Positions 1 through 9,757 of a DNA stretch of 64,000 nt are shown here, piece by piece. The first letter of the stretch is position 1. Every line of letters begins with the position of its first letter. Where the stretch lies: contig WRBW01000001.1 in the NCBI GenBank assembly GCA_009784345.1, forward strand, positions 32,971-96,970, written 5' to 3'. The position numbers and the translations under genes were made by a program. This DNA comes from Coriobacteriia bacterium (GTDB lineage Bacteria; Actinomycetota; Coriobacteriia; WRKU01; WQUG01). The notes under the pieces are model-generated. The model saw only the letters and a list, made by a program, of their open reading frames with translations. It did not search any database and was not told the origin of the DNA.

Positions 1-475
1 AGATAGAAATCGATGAACCAAAACTTGCCACGGGTGCCAGCGCACTGCGGATACGAATCGGTAGGTAGGCCTGCGCGGTTTGCACAGCATGCCCTACTTC
101 ATGAGCTGCAACGGCAGCAGCAGAAATCGAATCAGCACCGTAGACTGAATCTGACAGTCCCACCGTGTTGCTGCGCGGGTCAAAGTGGTCAGTCAGCTTA
201 CCAGGAACCGAGCGAATCGACACCGGACGCTTGCCAAAAGCCGTCTGACTGACATTGCCTGAAGAGTCCACCACGGGCAGGCTGTTTTTTTGCAGCGTGC
301 GCGCAGCTACCTGTGCACCCGTCATCGGACGCGCCAGGGGCTTTTTGCTGTACTTCTTAAAGGTCGATTTGATATACCACTGAGTCAGACCACCCAGCAC
401 CATACCGACCACCATGATGGCTATAAAAAGAGGATCGAAAATCATAAAATACCCTTTCAACATAAAATCGTTCAT
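1..475 (-). CDS. putative neutral zinc metallopeptidase (HEXXH, PF04298-like), C-terminus cut by window edge
   Basis: Manual reverse-strand translation gives MNDFMLKGYFMIFDPLFIAIMVVGMVLGG...AAHEVGHAVQTAQAYLPIRIRSALAPVASFGS, with an N-terminal TM helix and an HEXXH motif. It is absent from the ORF track because no stop codon falls inside the window. Confidence 0.55.
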   Translation of the reverse strand, partial: MNDFMLKGYFMIFDPLFIAIMVVGMVLGGLTQWYIKSTFKKYSKKPLARPMTGAQVAARTLQKNSLPVVDSSGNVSQTAFGKRPVSIRSVPGKLTDHFDPRSNTVGLSDSVYGADSISAAAVAAHEVGHAVQTAQAYLPIRIRSALAPVASFGSSISI

Positions 476-661
476 AACGCCAACTATCTATCATACGACA
501 GCTCTACGACAATCGACCATAATTACACATATAGGTTCAAAGTAGACACAGAAGCGGCGGAGCGAGTCCATACCAGCAAGGGCGATGTCTGAAGCATCAA
601 CTATAATTAAGGTGCTGACTTTCGCCTGTCGCAGGCACACCCCTCGAACAAAGGACAATTC

Positions 662-1591
662 GTGAAATACTTTCAGCAAGAGCTCGATGCATCAACTCAA
701 GGCGCTAGTGCATTAGTGGACGCTCTCCGCCAGGTTAAGGTCTTATATACCGACATTGATGGGACCGTGCTGGGCAAGCGTGGCTGCCTGCTGGTCGATG
801 GTGATAATGCGCCGTGTGCGGATACGGCTGTGGCGATTGTTGAGGCAAATGTCAGCCCCGATTTTGCCGTCGTGCCGTGTACCGGGCGCAGTGTGACTCA
901 GCTGATTGAGATTTCGCGCTTGCTGGGCTGGGATGATTTTATCGGCGAGGCAGGAGCGGTGCGCTCATACTGGAATGCTGCATCGGGGACGCGCGAGAAC
1001 TGTTATGACACGCCGGGCTGGTCGATCGAGCTGCAGGCGCAGTTGTCTGAAGATAACACGCCGCTTGATGTCATAAACGCCAGTGGTGCGATGGAGCGTC
1101 TTTTTGAGGCCTTTCCGGGGCAGATTGAGTACCACAGCCCCTGGAACGTGAATCGTCAGGCGACTAATGTTTTGCGCGGCCGTGTTGACCCTGTCCAGGC
1201 AACAGAGCTCTTTACCGATTTGGAGGTGCCCATTACGCTGATTGAAAACGGCGTGATTGCGCCCAGTGCCCACACCTTGATTGATGATGGTCAGCCCGTG
1301 CGCGCCTATCATTTGGCGCCGACTGGTGCCAGCAAGGGGGCTGCCATTGCGGCAGACTTAAAGCGGCGCGGCCTGCGTCGCGAGCAGGCGCTGATGGTGG
1401 GCGATGGTATGGCGGATCTGGAATGTGCTCCTGAGGTTGCGGCGATTTTCATGCTGAGCAATGCGCTGCATTCGCCCCGTATGGCAGCAGCGATGGAGCA
1501 GCTGGACAATGCCTATTTGGTTGAGGGTGCCCAGGGTACGGGTTGGGCGCAGCTGGTGCGTGCTATACTTGCGAGCAAACAGGGACGCTAA
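662..1591 (+). CDS. HAD-superfamily hydrolase (Cof-like, subfamily IIB)
   Basis: 309-aa ORF with HAD motif I YTDIDGT and motif IV GDGMAD. GTG start. Confidence 0.7.
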   Translation: MKYFQQELDASTQGASALVDALRQVKVLYTDIDGTVLGKRGCLLVDGDNAPCADTAVAIVEANVSPDFAVVPCTGRSVTQLIEISRLLGWDDFIGEAGAVRSYWNAASGTRENCYDTPGWSIELQAQLSEDNTPLDVINASGAMERLFEAFPGQIEYHSPWNVNRQATNVLRGRVDPVQATELFTDLEVPITLIENGVIAPSAHTLIDDGQPVRAYHLAPTGASKGAAIAADLKRRGLRREQALMVGDGMADLECAPEVAAIFMLSNALHSPRMAAAMEQLDNAYLVEGAQGTGWAQLVRAILASKQGR

Positions 1592-1681
1592 AGGGTCTTT
1601 TCTGTGAGTCGCTTGCGGCTGCTTTGGTGGGAAGCGCAGCCGCGGTTTTGAAGGCGACAAGGTGATTTTGAAGGGGAAATC

Positions 1682-4027
1682 ATGCTGTATTTATCTGAAT
1701 TTCTACATCTGCCCGTTGTTGATGCCAAAGGTAATAAGGTCGGCGAAGTCAGCGACCTGATTGTCAATGCAAAGGACATCTTTCCACGCGTGGTTGCCCT
1801 GTCTTTTAAGACGGGCGATGACACCGCACGCATCCTCGACTGGAAAGACAATGTCGCAGATTTCAAGCTGGGAGACGCAGACGATGAGCCTGGTGTGGGA
1901 ATACTCCTCAAAAGGAATCTCGATGCCCTGGAGTTCACTCATCTGCAAGATGACGAGCTGCTGCTGGGGCGCGACTTGCTGCATAAGCAAATCGTGGACG
2001 TCAAGGACAAGAAGGTCGCCCGCGTTAGTGACCTGAAGCTCTCTGCGGACGGCAGTGCGCTGCGCTTGCTGGGGGCAGAATGTGGCCTGACGGGCCGCCT
2101 GCACTTCATGGGTCCTTTCAAGGCGGGGCTGACCCGCGCCTGGATGGGGTTGACGGGCCACCAGATCAAGGAAGCCCTGATTGCCTGGAACTACATCGAC
2201 ATCCCCGGCCGTGATATGTCGCGTCTTGAAATGTCGATTTCGCATAAGCGTCTGGCGCAGCTGCGCCCGGCAGATATCGCCGACATCATCGAGCAGCTCG
2301 ACCCGGAGACGCGTCGCGCCGTGTTTGCGCATCTAGACAAAAAGGATGCTGCTGATACGGTCAGCGAGCTCGAGGACATCTATCAAACTGACGTCATTGG
2401 TGACCTGCCCGAAGACCACGCATCGAGCCTGCTTTCCGAGATGGAACCAGATGACGCCACCGACATCCTTTCAGGGCTAGAATATGAAAAGGCCGAAAAG
2501 ATTCTCCAGCTGATGGGGATAGAGGATGCAGAGGTGATACGAAAGCTCATGGGATATCGAAATAACAGCGCGGGTGGCATTATGACCCCCGAAGTTGCCG
2601 TCGCTACAGAAGACATGATTGTCGCTGAGGTCGCACAGCACCTGAAGGCGATTGATGATGACACCGGCGACCTGCACTACGTTTATATTGTTGACCGCGT
2701 GGACGGCGAAGGCAAGGCAGACCCCGCAGGACGCCTGCTAGGTGTTGTGACGCTGCTGGAGCTTCTGACCCATGACCCGTCGACGAGGTTGGCGGAGTTT
2801 GCCCATTACAACATCGTGAGCGCAAGTCCCGAAGAAGACCAGGAAGCCGTCGCAGAGCTCATAACCAAGTACAACCTGCTGGCACTGCCCGTTATTGACC
2901 AAGGTGGCCACCTGCTGGGCACCATTACGGTTGATGATGTGGTCGAGTTCATGGGCAAGGGCACGGGCAGACCTGTCGGGGTACCTGCGAGCGCAAAGTC
3001 TGAACTCGAAGGCACCGGCGCTGGTGCGTCTGCCGGCAAGGACGGGGACGGTGCAAAGCACCAGACCCTTGATGGTGGCACCATTGGGCAAGAGATTGGC
3101 GGCTTTTTCCGTAAGGCTTGGAACGGCTTTACCTGGGTGCTGCCGCAATACTTGACCTGGGTGGCACTGTGGATGGCCGCCTCCCTAATGGTCTTTGCGG
3201 GCCGCCCCGTGGTCATGAACATCATGGAGCGCATCATGGTCAACGTTGACCCTGCTCTTGAGACGGGTGCAGAAATCCCTCACTGGCTGCTGATGCTTGA
3301 TTTGAGCTTAATCTTTGTTCAGGTGACTTTGTTTGCCCTACCCTTTATCTTACTTGCGGTACACCACAGCGTACTGCGTGGCATAAGCGTCTACACTGAC
3401 AAGGTCGTTCTGGCACCAAAGGCCTTGATTCGCTATCTGTTGGCACTGGTTATTGGTGCGGCACAGGCCTGCCTGGGCTTTACCCTTGCTATTGCCCTCT
3501 ATGTGCTCAATACCAGCTTTTTGGGTATGTCGATAGAGATGGACAGCCTTGCCACCTTCTGGCATGAATTCACTGATTTTGCAGGCATCCTCGCAGTGCC
3601 CGTCTTTGTGCCCCTGCTGTTAGCCTGCCTGATAGCTTCGCTGTTTGCAGCATGGCGCATTGGCATCGTCGTCGATGCCGAAGAAGCCGGCAAGACCATC
3701 CACCCACGTCGCAATGCTGCGGCAACGATGCTGGTCTTCATGCTGAGCTTCATCATGATTACCTACCCCTTTGCCTGGATCTGGAATGCCTCGCAGCAGC
3801 GCAATGCAGCCATCGAGCAAGAAATGATGGGTGGCGATGAATGGGCAGACTGGGGCGACGAAGAGATGATGTTTGATGACCAGATGCTGCAGGAGCTTGA
3901 TTTAGAAGCACTGGGACTAGAGGGGCTGGATGGTCTGGATCTTGAGGGCATCAGCTTTGATGATGAGCCGGTCTATCATGAAGACTTGATGGGAACTGAC
4001 GATCAAGGCGAAGTAGTCCTAGACTAA
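1682..4027 (+). CDS. MgtE-N/CBS domain membrane protein (putative divalent cation transporter) with two N-terminal PRC-barrel-like repeats and an acidic C-terminal tail
   Basis: 781 aa. MgtE_N-like segment LAQLRPADIADIIEQLDPETRRAV...EPDDATDILSGLEYEKAEKIL, a CBS pair and a hydrophobic C-terminal half. RBS-like GAAGGGGAAATC precedes the ATG. Confidence 0.6.
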   Translation: MLYLSEFLHLPVVDAKGNKVGEVSDLIVNAKDIFPRVVALSFKTGDDTARILDWKDNVADFKLGDADDEPGVGILLKRNLDALEFTHLQDDELLLGRDLLHKQIVDVKDKKVARVSDLKLSADGSALRLLGAECGLTGRLHFMGPFKAGLTRAWMGLTGHQIKEALIAWNYIDIPGRDMSRLEMSISHKRLAQLRPADIADIIEQLDPETRRAVFAHLDKKDAADTVSELEDIYQTDVIGDLPEDHASSLLSEMEPDDATDILSGLEYEKAEKILQLMGIEDAEVIRKLMGYRNNSAGGIMTPEVAVATEDMIVAEVAQHLKAIDDDTGDLHYVYIVDRVDGEGKADPAGRLLGVVTLLELLTHDPSTRLAEFAHYNIVSASPEEDQEAVAELITKYNLLALPVIDQGGHLLGTITVDDVVEFMGKGTGRPVGVPASAKSELEGTGAGASAGKDGDGAKHQTLDGGTIGQEIGGFFRKAWNGFTWVLPQYLTWVALWMAASLMVFAGRPVVMNIMERIMVNVDPALETGAEIPHWLLMLDLSLIFVQVTLFALPFILLAVHHSVLRGISVYTDKVVLAPKALIRYLLALVIGAAQACLGFTLAIALYVLNTSFLGMSIEMDSLATFWHEFTDFAGILAVPVFVPLLLACLIASLFAAWRIGIVVDAEEAGKTIHPRRNAAATMLVFMLSFIMITYPFAWIWNASQQRNAAIEQEMMGGDEWADWGDEEMMFDDQMLQELDLEALGLEGLDGLDLEGISFDDEPVYHEDLMGTDDQGEVVLD

Positions 4028-4073
4028 GGTCAAGGTCAAACCCGAGACCCCGCATCAAGTGCGGGGTGACACT
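4028..4073 (+). repeat. intergenic palindromic repeat, copy 1 (GGTCAAGG..GAGACCCCGCATCAAGTGCGGGGTGACA)
   Basis: Seen directly. Hairpin CCCCGCA-TCAAG-TGCGGGG with the conserved flanks GGTCAAGG and GTGACA. Confidence 0.8.
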
Positions 4074-4151
4074 GTGGAACTTCAACTGTAGGGGCGCGCG
4101 TCCCCGCGCGCCCGCCCTGCGGGGTAACAAAACCAATAAGGAGGAGTTAGC

Positions 4152-4778
4152 ATGACGTGCGCCGACGAAAAGAAACATGTTCGTGACAAGGCGACCGCCA
4201 TCCGCAACGAGATCGCCGCAGACCCCGGAAAAATTTCCCGCGCTACAAAAGGCATTGCCACACAGCTTCTGAGCGTTCCGGCCGTGCGTGAGCTTCTTGC
4301 CTGGCCGCGCCAGGGCGGGGTTGCCAGCCCGCTCTTTGCCAGTTACGCCCCGCGTAGTGGCGAAGCTAATCCCAATGGTTTTCTCGACATCATTGAAAAA
4401 GACGGCGGAGCGCGTCCAAACATGGCCTTTCCTCGCGTTACGGGCAAGGCGCAGCTGTCGATGCACTACGCTACCGTAGAGGAGCTCGCGCCTGGCAGCT
4501 TTGGTATCGCAGAGCCCGGTGCAGACATGCCGGTAGCACGTTTGGCTGATATCGATGTGATTCTAGTTCCCGGGCTCGCCTTTGATGCTCAGGGTAATAG
4601 ACTGGGCTACGGACGGGGCTACTTTGATCGCCTGCTGGGCAGCTGTGATGTCTGCGACTTGCCGCTGCTGATAGGCATTACCTATGATGAGACGCTGCTT
4701 GAAAGTGTCCCCTGCGAGACTCATGATATTAAAGTGGACTATATTGTCACACCCACCATGTACCTTGAAGCGCACTAA
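4152..4778 (+). CDS. 5-formyltetrahydrofolate cyclo-ligase
   Basis: 208 aa. C-terminal GYGRGYFDR motif and DVILVPGLAFD are typical of the 5-FTHF cyclo-ligase family. AAGGAGG RBS upstream. Confidence 0.75.
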   Translation: MTCADEKKHVRDKATAIRNEIAADPGKISRATKGIATQLLSVPAVRELLAWPRQGGVASPLFASYAPRSGEANPNGFLDIIEKDGGARPNMAFPRVTGKAQLSMHYATVEELAPGSFGIAEPGADMPVARLADIDVILVPGLAFDAQGNRLGYGRGYFDRLLGSCDVCDLPLLIGITYDETLLESVPCETHDIKVDYIVTPTMYLEAH

Positions 4779-4783
4779 AAAAA

Positions 4784-4808
4784 GGTCTCGCCTTGGCGAG
4801 ACCTTTTT
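4784..4808. terminator. bidirectional rho-independent terminator between convergent genes
   Basis: AAAAAAAGGTCTCGCCttggCGAGACCTTTTT: a 9-bp GC-rich stem flanked by an A-run and a T-run. Confidence 0.8.
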
Positions 4809-4833
4809 CAATTCTTGAACGCAATGCGATGAG

Positions 4834-6030
4834 CTACTTTATTTCCTGGAGGACTGCTTCGAGCTGGTCGAGCATCCAATCCAAATCTTCCTTGTTGGTT
4901 GAAAGCGGTGGCGCAAAACGAACCGTCGAGCCATGGGTGTCTTTTGCAAGCACTCCCTTGTCCATCAGCAGCTCACACACCGCGCGTCCTGTTGCGCGGT
5001 CAGGATCGATGTCGATGCCAGCCCACATACCCGCACCACGCTTATCGAGCAGCAGACCCTCGCGAACCATGGCGTCAAGACGTGATTGGAAGTGCTCACC
5101 CAGTTCACGTGCACGTGCCTGATACTCGCCGGTTTCCAGCAGGTCACAAACTGCCATACCCAGCGCACAGGCGATGGGGTTGCCGCCAAAGGTCGATCCG
5201 TGGGTGCCAGGCGTCATGAGGCCCATGACTTCTGCCTTACCAACGCAGGCCGACACGGGGTAGATGCCGCCGCCCAAGGCCTTGCCCAGGGTCATCAGGT
5301 CTGGCTTTGCGCCGACACGCTCCCAGGCAAAGGTGTAGCCGGTGCGGCCCAGGCCAGACTGGATTTCGTCCAAGATAAACAGGACATTGTTTTCTTCGGT
5401 CAGACGACGTACCGCTGGCAGGTATTCTGCAGGAGGAATGACAACGCCCGATTCACCCTGAATGGGCTCCAGCAAGACGGCTGCAAGGCGATCAGCGTTT
5501 TCCGTGATGGCCTTTTCAATGGCATCGATATCGCCATAGGGAACCGCCAGAAAACCGCCAGAGAAGGGCCCAAAGTTGTCGCGTGCCACATCATCGCTGC
5601 TAAACGAAACGATGGTCGAGGTGCGTCCGTGGAAGTTGTCTTCGGCGACGATGATCAGGGCTTCGTTAGCCGGAATGCCCTTGACTTCATGACCCCACTT
5701 GCGCGCTGCCTTGATGGCTGTTTCGACAGCCTCTGCACCGGTGTTCATCGGTAGAATCATGTCCATGTCACAGAGCTTCGCAAGCTTGTCTGCAAAGGGC
5801 TCGAGCAGCTCGAAGTCGAAGGCACGAGACACGAGGGTCACGCGGTCCATCTGGTCTTTGGCTGCCTGGATAAGGCCGGGGTGGCGATGCCCAAAGTTCA
5901 GTGAGCTGTAACCTGCCAGCGCATCATAGTAGCGCTTGCCCTCTACGTCTATTACCCAGCAGTCTTCTGCTGTCGCGATCTTGACGGGAAGCGGCTTGTA
6001 GTTGGGGGCCATTCTAGACTGGTGTGACAT
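4834..6030 (-). CDS. class-III PLP aminotransferase (ornithine/acetylornithine aminotransferase family)
   Basis: 398 aa. YSSLNFGHRHPG, IVAEDNFHGRT, ILDEIQSGLGRTG and TLGKALGGG are motifs of OAT/ArgD-type aminotransferases. Confidence 0.8.
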   Translation of the reverse strand: MSHQSRMAPNYKPLPVKIATAEDCWVIDVEGKRYYDALAGYSSLNFGHRHPGLIQAAKDQMDRVTLVSRAFDFELLEPFADKLAKLCDMDMILPMNTGAEAVETAIKAARKWGHEVKGIPANEALIIVAEDNFHGRTSTIVSFSSDDVARDNFGPFSGGFLAVPYGDIDAIEKAITENADRLAAVLLEPIQGESGVVIPPAEYLPAVRRLTEENNVLFILDEIQSGLGRTGYTFAWERVGAKPDLMTLGKALGGGIYPVSACVGKAEVMGLMTPGTHGSTFGGNPIACALGMAVCDLLETGEYQARARELGEHFQSRLDAMVREGLLLDKRGAGMWAGIDIDPDRATGRAVCELLMDKGVLAKDTHGSTVRFAPPLSTNKEDLDWMLDQLEAVLQEIK

Positions 6031-6130
6031 GATTCTCCTTACTGGTTTGCGTGAAAGTTCTTATCGATGTTCAGGTATGTGCCGACAGCTATGCCGGCAG
6101 TCTGAAATGAACGGATTTTACAGCGAGCCT

Positions 6131-6847
6131 TTAGCTCGAAAAGTCCGTATTGACTGTATCACATTTCCCGTGTGTCGTGCGACTGAAGAGCCGTTCACAC
6201 AGACTCAGCACAGCATTCGCAAAAAGTGCCAGCAACATGGTCAAAAGGGTCGCCCACAAAAGCAGGTTCAGACTGTTCGTTCGCAGCCCCGTGAAAATGA
6301 GCGCGCCCAGGCCACCAGCATCGACAAGCGCCGCAATAGTGGCAATGCCAATGGTCGATATGGTCGCCAGTCGCACGCCCGCAATCAGGATTGGAGCCGC
6401 CAGGGGCAACTGCACGCTGGTAAAGGCTTGCAGACGCGTGCACCCCAAGCTGCGCGCTGCCTCATAGAGGCCCGTATCGACCGAGGCCAGACCTGCGCTA
6501 AAGTTGCGCACCAGCAGAAACTGATTGTAGGCAACCAAAACGATGATGGCCGTAGCTGTGCCGATGCCCAGCAAGGGAATGGCTAGCGCAAACAGAGCCA
6601 GACTGGGTACGGCATAAAGGGCAGCGAGGCTTGATTGGACAGACTCCGCCAGTTTATGGGCAGCATGCGGAGTGCGTCCATTACTTTTGAGCTGCCTGTT
6701 GTTTTGCAGCGCATCGATGCCTGCCGTGATGAGCGCTGCCAGCAGTATCGACAGCAGTACCGCGGTGATGACGAGGCTCAGGTGCTGGCCGGTTGCCGTG
6801 GCAAAGCGCGCGGTGTTGGCCACACCAAAGTGCCAGAAGTCGATCAT
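6131..6847 (-). CDS. ABC transporter permease (OpuCB/OpuCD-like osmoprotectant uptake)
   Basis: 238 aa, polytopic, with a binding-protein-dependent permease signature. In an operon with a lipoprotein substrate-binding protein. Confidence 0.7.
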   Translation of the reverse strand: MIDFWHFGVANTARFATATGQHLSLVITAVLLSILLAALITAGIDALQNNRQLKSNGRTPHAAHKLAESVQSSLAALYAVPSLALFALAIPLLGIGTATAIIVLVAYNQFLLVRNFSAGLASVDTGLYEAARSLGCTRLQAFTSVQLPLAAPILIAGVRLATISTIGIATIAALVDAGGLGALIFTGLRTNSLNLLLWATLLTMLLALFANAVLSLCERLFSRTTHGKCDTVNTDFSS

Positions 6848-6922
6848 GGCTGGCTACCGTTCACAGTGCTGTGCCTGCTTCTTATCACGGTGGTCACTGG
6901 CTAGTGATTTCAGCTGCTGGCT

Positions 6923-7849
6923 CTACCGGGGCAGCTTGTCGCGTATGAACTGGAAGTACTGGGCGGCGACCTCTTCGAAGCTGAGTCCGTCGACATCGAC
7001 CTGTGCGTTGAGTTGCGTCATCTTTTCACTGGTCAGATTAGCTGAAATGGCATTGAGGATGTCTGCTATCTGTGGGTAGGCCTCGAGTGTTTGGGCGCGG
7101 ATGATGGGCGCGATATTGTAGGGTGGCCAGGCATGTTTATCATCGATCAGCAGGACAAAGTCGGGGTCGGTGAGCTGACCTTCCGTGGTGTAAGCAGGAG
7201 CTGCGTCTGCTTGCCCGCTGCGCAGAACTTCGTATTTCAGCGCGTTATCAAACACGGTCGAAGAGGCGAAGTCGATGGGGCCGTAGACCTGTCGCAGCAG
7301 AGGCAGCGCGTCTTCACGCACGTCGAACTCGCCCTGGCTGGCGAAGCGCAGATTGTGGGCTTCGCGCTGGAAGTCGGTCAGGGTCGTGATGTCGTAGCGT
7401 TCGCTTGCCTCGCGCGTGATGACGATGCCCTGACTATTGTTTGCTGCAGCCATGTCGAGCCATATGATTTCGAAACGCTCTTTGTATTGCTGCGCGACCG
7501 TGTCATAGACCTTCTGAGGGTCAGTTTCCATCGGCAGCTGTAGTACCGTCAGCAGACCCGTTCCTGTATATTCTGGGTACAGATCAACGTCACCAGCCAG
7601 CATGGCTTCGTGCACGACGGCACTGGCAAGACCCAGGCGACGTTGCACGGGAATGCCCGCATCTTCGAGCGCAAGCGCGTAGAGCTCGCCCAGTATCAGG
7701 TTTTCAGTAAAGTCTTTCGAGCCGACTTGCACGGGCGCTGTTTGAGCAGGCGAATTGCTGCCTGAACCTGTGTCATTTGCGCAGGCAGTAAGTGCAAAGA
7801 GCCCTGCTAGCAGTGACAAGCACGCTATGAGATAGAGACATTTCTTCAT
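6923..7849 (-). CDS. ABC substrate-binding lipoprotein (glycine betaine/choline-binding OpuAC/OpuCC-like)
   Basis: Signal peptide MKKCLYLIACLSLLAGLFALTAC with a lipobox. The second ATG is chosen (RBS AGAGGGGG upstream); the ORF track's longer start at 7873 adds 8 residues. Confidence 0.7.
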   Translation of the reverse strand: MKKCLYLIACLSLLAGLFALTACANDTGSGSNSPAQTAPVQVGSKDFTENLILGELYALALEDAGIPVQRRLGLASAVVHEAMLAGDVDLYPEYTGTGLLTVLQLPMETDPQKVYDTVAQQYKERFEIIWLDMAAANNSQGIVITREASERYDITTLTDFQREAHNLRFASQGEFDVREDALPLLRQVYGPIDFASSTVFDNALKYEVLRSGQADAAPAYTTEGQLTDPDFVLLIDDKHAWPPYNIAPIIRAQTLEAYPQIADILNAISANLTSEKMTQLNAQVDVDGLSFEEVAAQYFQFIRDKLPR

Positions 7850-7910
7850 GTGATTATTACCCCCTCTATCCATTATGACAAATATGAACAGGGTGCGGGG
7901 TGCAAAGCAA

Positions 7911-7962
7911 GGTCAAGGTCAAATGCGAGACCCCGCATCGAAGTGCGGGGTGACAAGGGTGA
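7911..7962 (+). repeat. intergenic palindromic repeat, copy 2
   Basis: GGTCAAGGTCAAATGCGAGACCCCGCATCGAAGTGCGGGGTGACAAGG. Confidence 0.8.
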
Positions 7963-7998
7963 GGGACGCAATGACGTGGATTGGGTAAAGGCGGGGTG

Positions 7999-8646
7999 TT
8001 AGCTGGGGAGGTGTTTCCAGGGGATGAGGCGGCGTTCGCACAGGTTCAGGAGCGCAAGGCTCGCAAGCGACAGGGCGGCAACTGATGCCCCGCCAATGAC
8101 CAGCAGGTCGGTGCGCATCAGGCCAAGACCCGTGAAGATGAGGGTCCCCAGGCCGCCACCCCCAATGAAGGCTGCCAACGTTGCAGATGCGATAACTTCA
8201 GTGGTGGCCGTCTTTATGCCCGCGAAGACTACCGGTGCTGCAAGGGGCAGCTTGACTTGCCAGAAAATCTTGAAGGAGCTCATTCCTAGGGCCTCGGCAG
8301 CCTCGACCGTCGCTGGGGGCAAGTGCGAGAAAGCAACGGTTGTGTTTATCATTACCGGCGGCAGAGCAAGCACGGTCAGGGCAAAGAGTGCCACCTGAAA
8401 GCCCACCTGTCCGGTTAAGACGACGATCAGAAATAAGAGAGCCAAGCTGGGTATGACACGCAGGGTTGAAAGCGTGCCAGTGACAATTGAGCGCGCCACC
8501 CTGTTGCGAGAAGATAAGACCCCCAGCGGAAAGCCAGCTACAATTGCAAGGGTAACCGCAGCCACAGCGATTGCGATGTGTTGCCACAGGGCATGGACGT
8601 ACTCTGCCGATGAAGAGTCAAAGTAGCTGATGATTGCGTGAATCAT
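7999..8646 (-). CDS. ABC transporter permease (second OpuC-like permease)
   Basis: 215 aa polytopic protein, paralogous to the 6131..6847 product. Confidence 0.7.
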   Translation of the reverse strand: MIHAIISYFDSSSAEYVHALWQHIAIAVAAVTLAIVAGFPLGVLSSRNRVARSIVTGTLSTLRVIPSLALLFLIVVLTGQVGFQVALFALTVLALPPVMINTTVAFSHLPPATVEAAEALGMSSFKIFWQVKLPLAAPVVFAGIKTATTEVIASATLAAFIGGGGLGTLIFTGLGLMRTDLLVIGGASVAALSLASLALLNLCERRLIPWKHLPS

Positions 8647-8741
8647 GGAACTATCTTAGCTTAAATGCGGGATGTGGGCTTGACGTGCGCGGGTGTTGGT
8701 GGCATTATAGTTAGTCGCTTGATTTTTGCAAGCGTTGGTAT

Positions 8742-8820
8742 GGGCGCCCTTACCTCAGCTGGATAGAGGGTCTGACTACGAATCAGAACGCCGCAGGTTC
8801 GAATCCTGCAGGGCGCACCA
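8742..8820 (+). tRNA. tRNA-Arg (anticodon ACG), CCA encoded
   Basis: GGGCGCC acceptor, D-loop AGCTGGATAGAG, anticodon stem-loop TCTGA-CTACGAA-TCAGA, T-loop GGTTCGAATCC, 3' CCA. Confidence 0.9.
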
Positions 8821-9179
8821 TTTCTTTATTCATTTACACGGATTTGAAGAACACCCCTTCCCGAGTGCAGAGTACTGGGGATACTTAAGTCTTGTGACGA
8901 GGGATCTTTGGGTGGCAAGCACCCCGATATGCCAATAATGAGGACACGCAAGATCCTTCGCAAAAGGCTTGGCGAAACCAGAAACTCGTTGCGCTCAGGA
9001 AGTGCTGCCAGCAGGCTTGACCCGCAATCTACTCTTCTTTCTCTTTTGATTTCATCTTTGTCTAAATTTCCATGCCGTTTGTGGGTGTGTGGGGCACGGG
9101 GGCTTGTGGTCTGTCATGCTGTGCAGGTGTCTTTGCGTATGCAAGCATGTCCCTATCCTTTTTGCCTTGGAGGTGTCCC

Positions 9180-9695
9180 GTGCTGGGAGTCAATTTAGTC
9201 TTCGCTGGATTTGCCTTGACCTTGAATGGTTTGAGCTACTTGACCGCTGTTGATGAGCGGGTCAAGATGGCCGTTAACATCTTTGTCGGAGCCGTCATTG
9301 CCATTAATGCCGTGCTGCAGACGCAAATCGCCATTGCGGCAGGCGAGCCAGCTGCCTTTGGCTTTGCTGCTGCGACCTGGCTCTTTGCTATTAACTACTT
9401 TGTCATTGCGGCACACCTCTTCTTCAAGTCGACAAACTGGAAGGTCTTCGGTCTGTACTCGCTGTTTGCGTCCATCGTGTCACTGACCTTTGCGACAGAG
9501 ACTGTGGTGCTAGGTGGGCCTGGGGTTCTAGTCTACCTATGGCTCATGTGGGCACTGTTGTGGGCGCAGAGCTTTCTTGCCATCTTAGTGGGGCTTAAAG
9601 CCGTGGACAAGCTCACCCCTTATGTCTTGATCACCAATGGCATCGCCAGCACCTTCGTGCCCGGGCTGCTGATACTGCTGGGGGTTATTCTGTAA
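9180..9695 (+). CDS. AmiS/UreI-family channel-like small membrane protein (6 TM)
   Basis: GTG start 7 nt after GGAGG. The product VLGVNLVFAGFALTLNGLSYL... is about 171 aa, matching the AmiS/UreI size and topology. The ORF-track start at 9072 lacks an RBS. Confidence 0.45.
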   Translation: MLGVNLVFAGFALTLNGLSYLTAVDERVKMAVNIFVGAVIAINAVLQTQIAIAAGEPAAFGFAAATWLFAINYFVIAAHLFFKSTNWKVFGLYSLFASIVSLTFATETVVLGGPGVLVYLWLMWALLWAQSFLAILVGLKAVDKLTPYVLITNGIASTFVPGLLILLGVIL

Positions 9696-9728
9696 GCGCT
9701 CAGGAAGGTGAAGCTTGAGCGTGCTGGC

Positions 9729-9752
9729 GAAGTTAAGTGCGGGGTGACAAAG
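9729..9752 (+). repeat. intergenic repeat, half copy (right arm GTGCGGGGTGACAA)
   Basis: GAAGTTAAGTGCGGGGTGACAAAGG. Confidence 0.6.
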
Positions 9753-9757
9753 GTTAG

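Noticed and set aside
13-592. Plus-strand ORFs 13..252 and 290..592 at the window start
   Set aside because: The opposite strand encodes a clean HEXXH zinc-metallopeptidase with an N-terminal TM helix, and the plus-strand frames have junk composition.
965-5754. Many 60-220-aa ORFs antisense to or out of frame with the large genes (e.g. 965..1312 -, 1703..2332 -, 2738..3243 -, 3951..4466 -, 5086..5754 +)
   Set aside because: These are shadow ORFs of the kind common in GC-rich coding DNA. They overlap confidently assigned genes (HAD hydrolase, MgtE-like, aminotransferase), have Arg/Pro/Ser-rich junk composition, and lack RBSs.
9072-9179. Longer 9072 start for the AmiS/UreI-like gene
   Set aside because: There is no RBS, and the Cys/Gly-rich N-terminal extension is unlike the family. 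GTG at 9180 has a GGAGG at ideal spacing and gives the expected protein length of about 170 aa.
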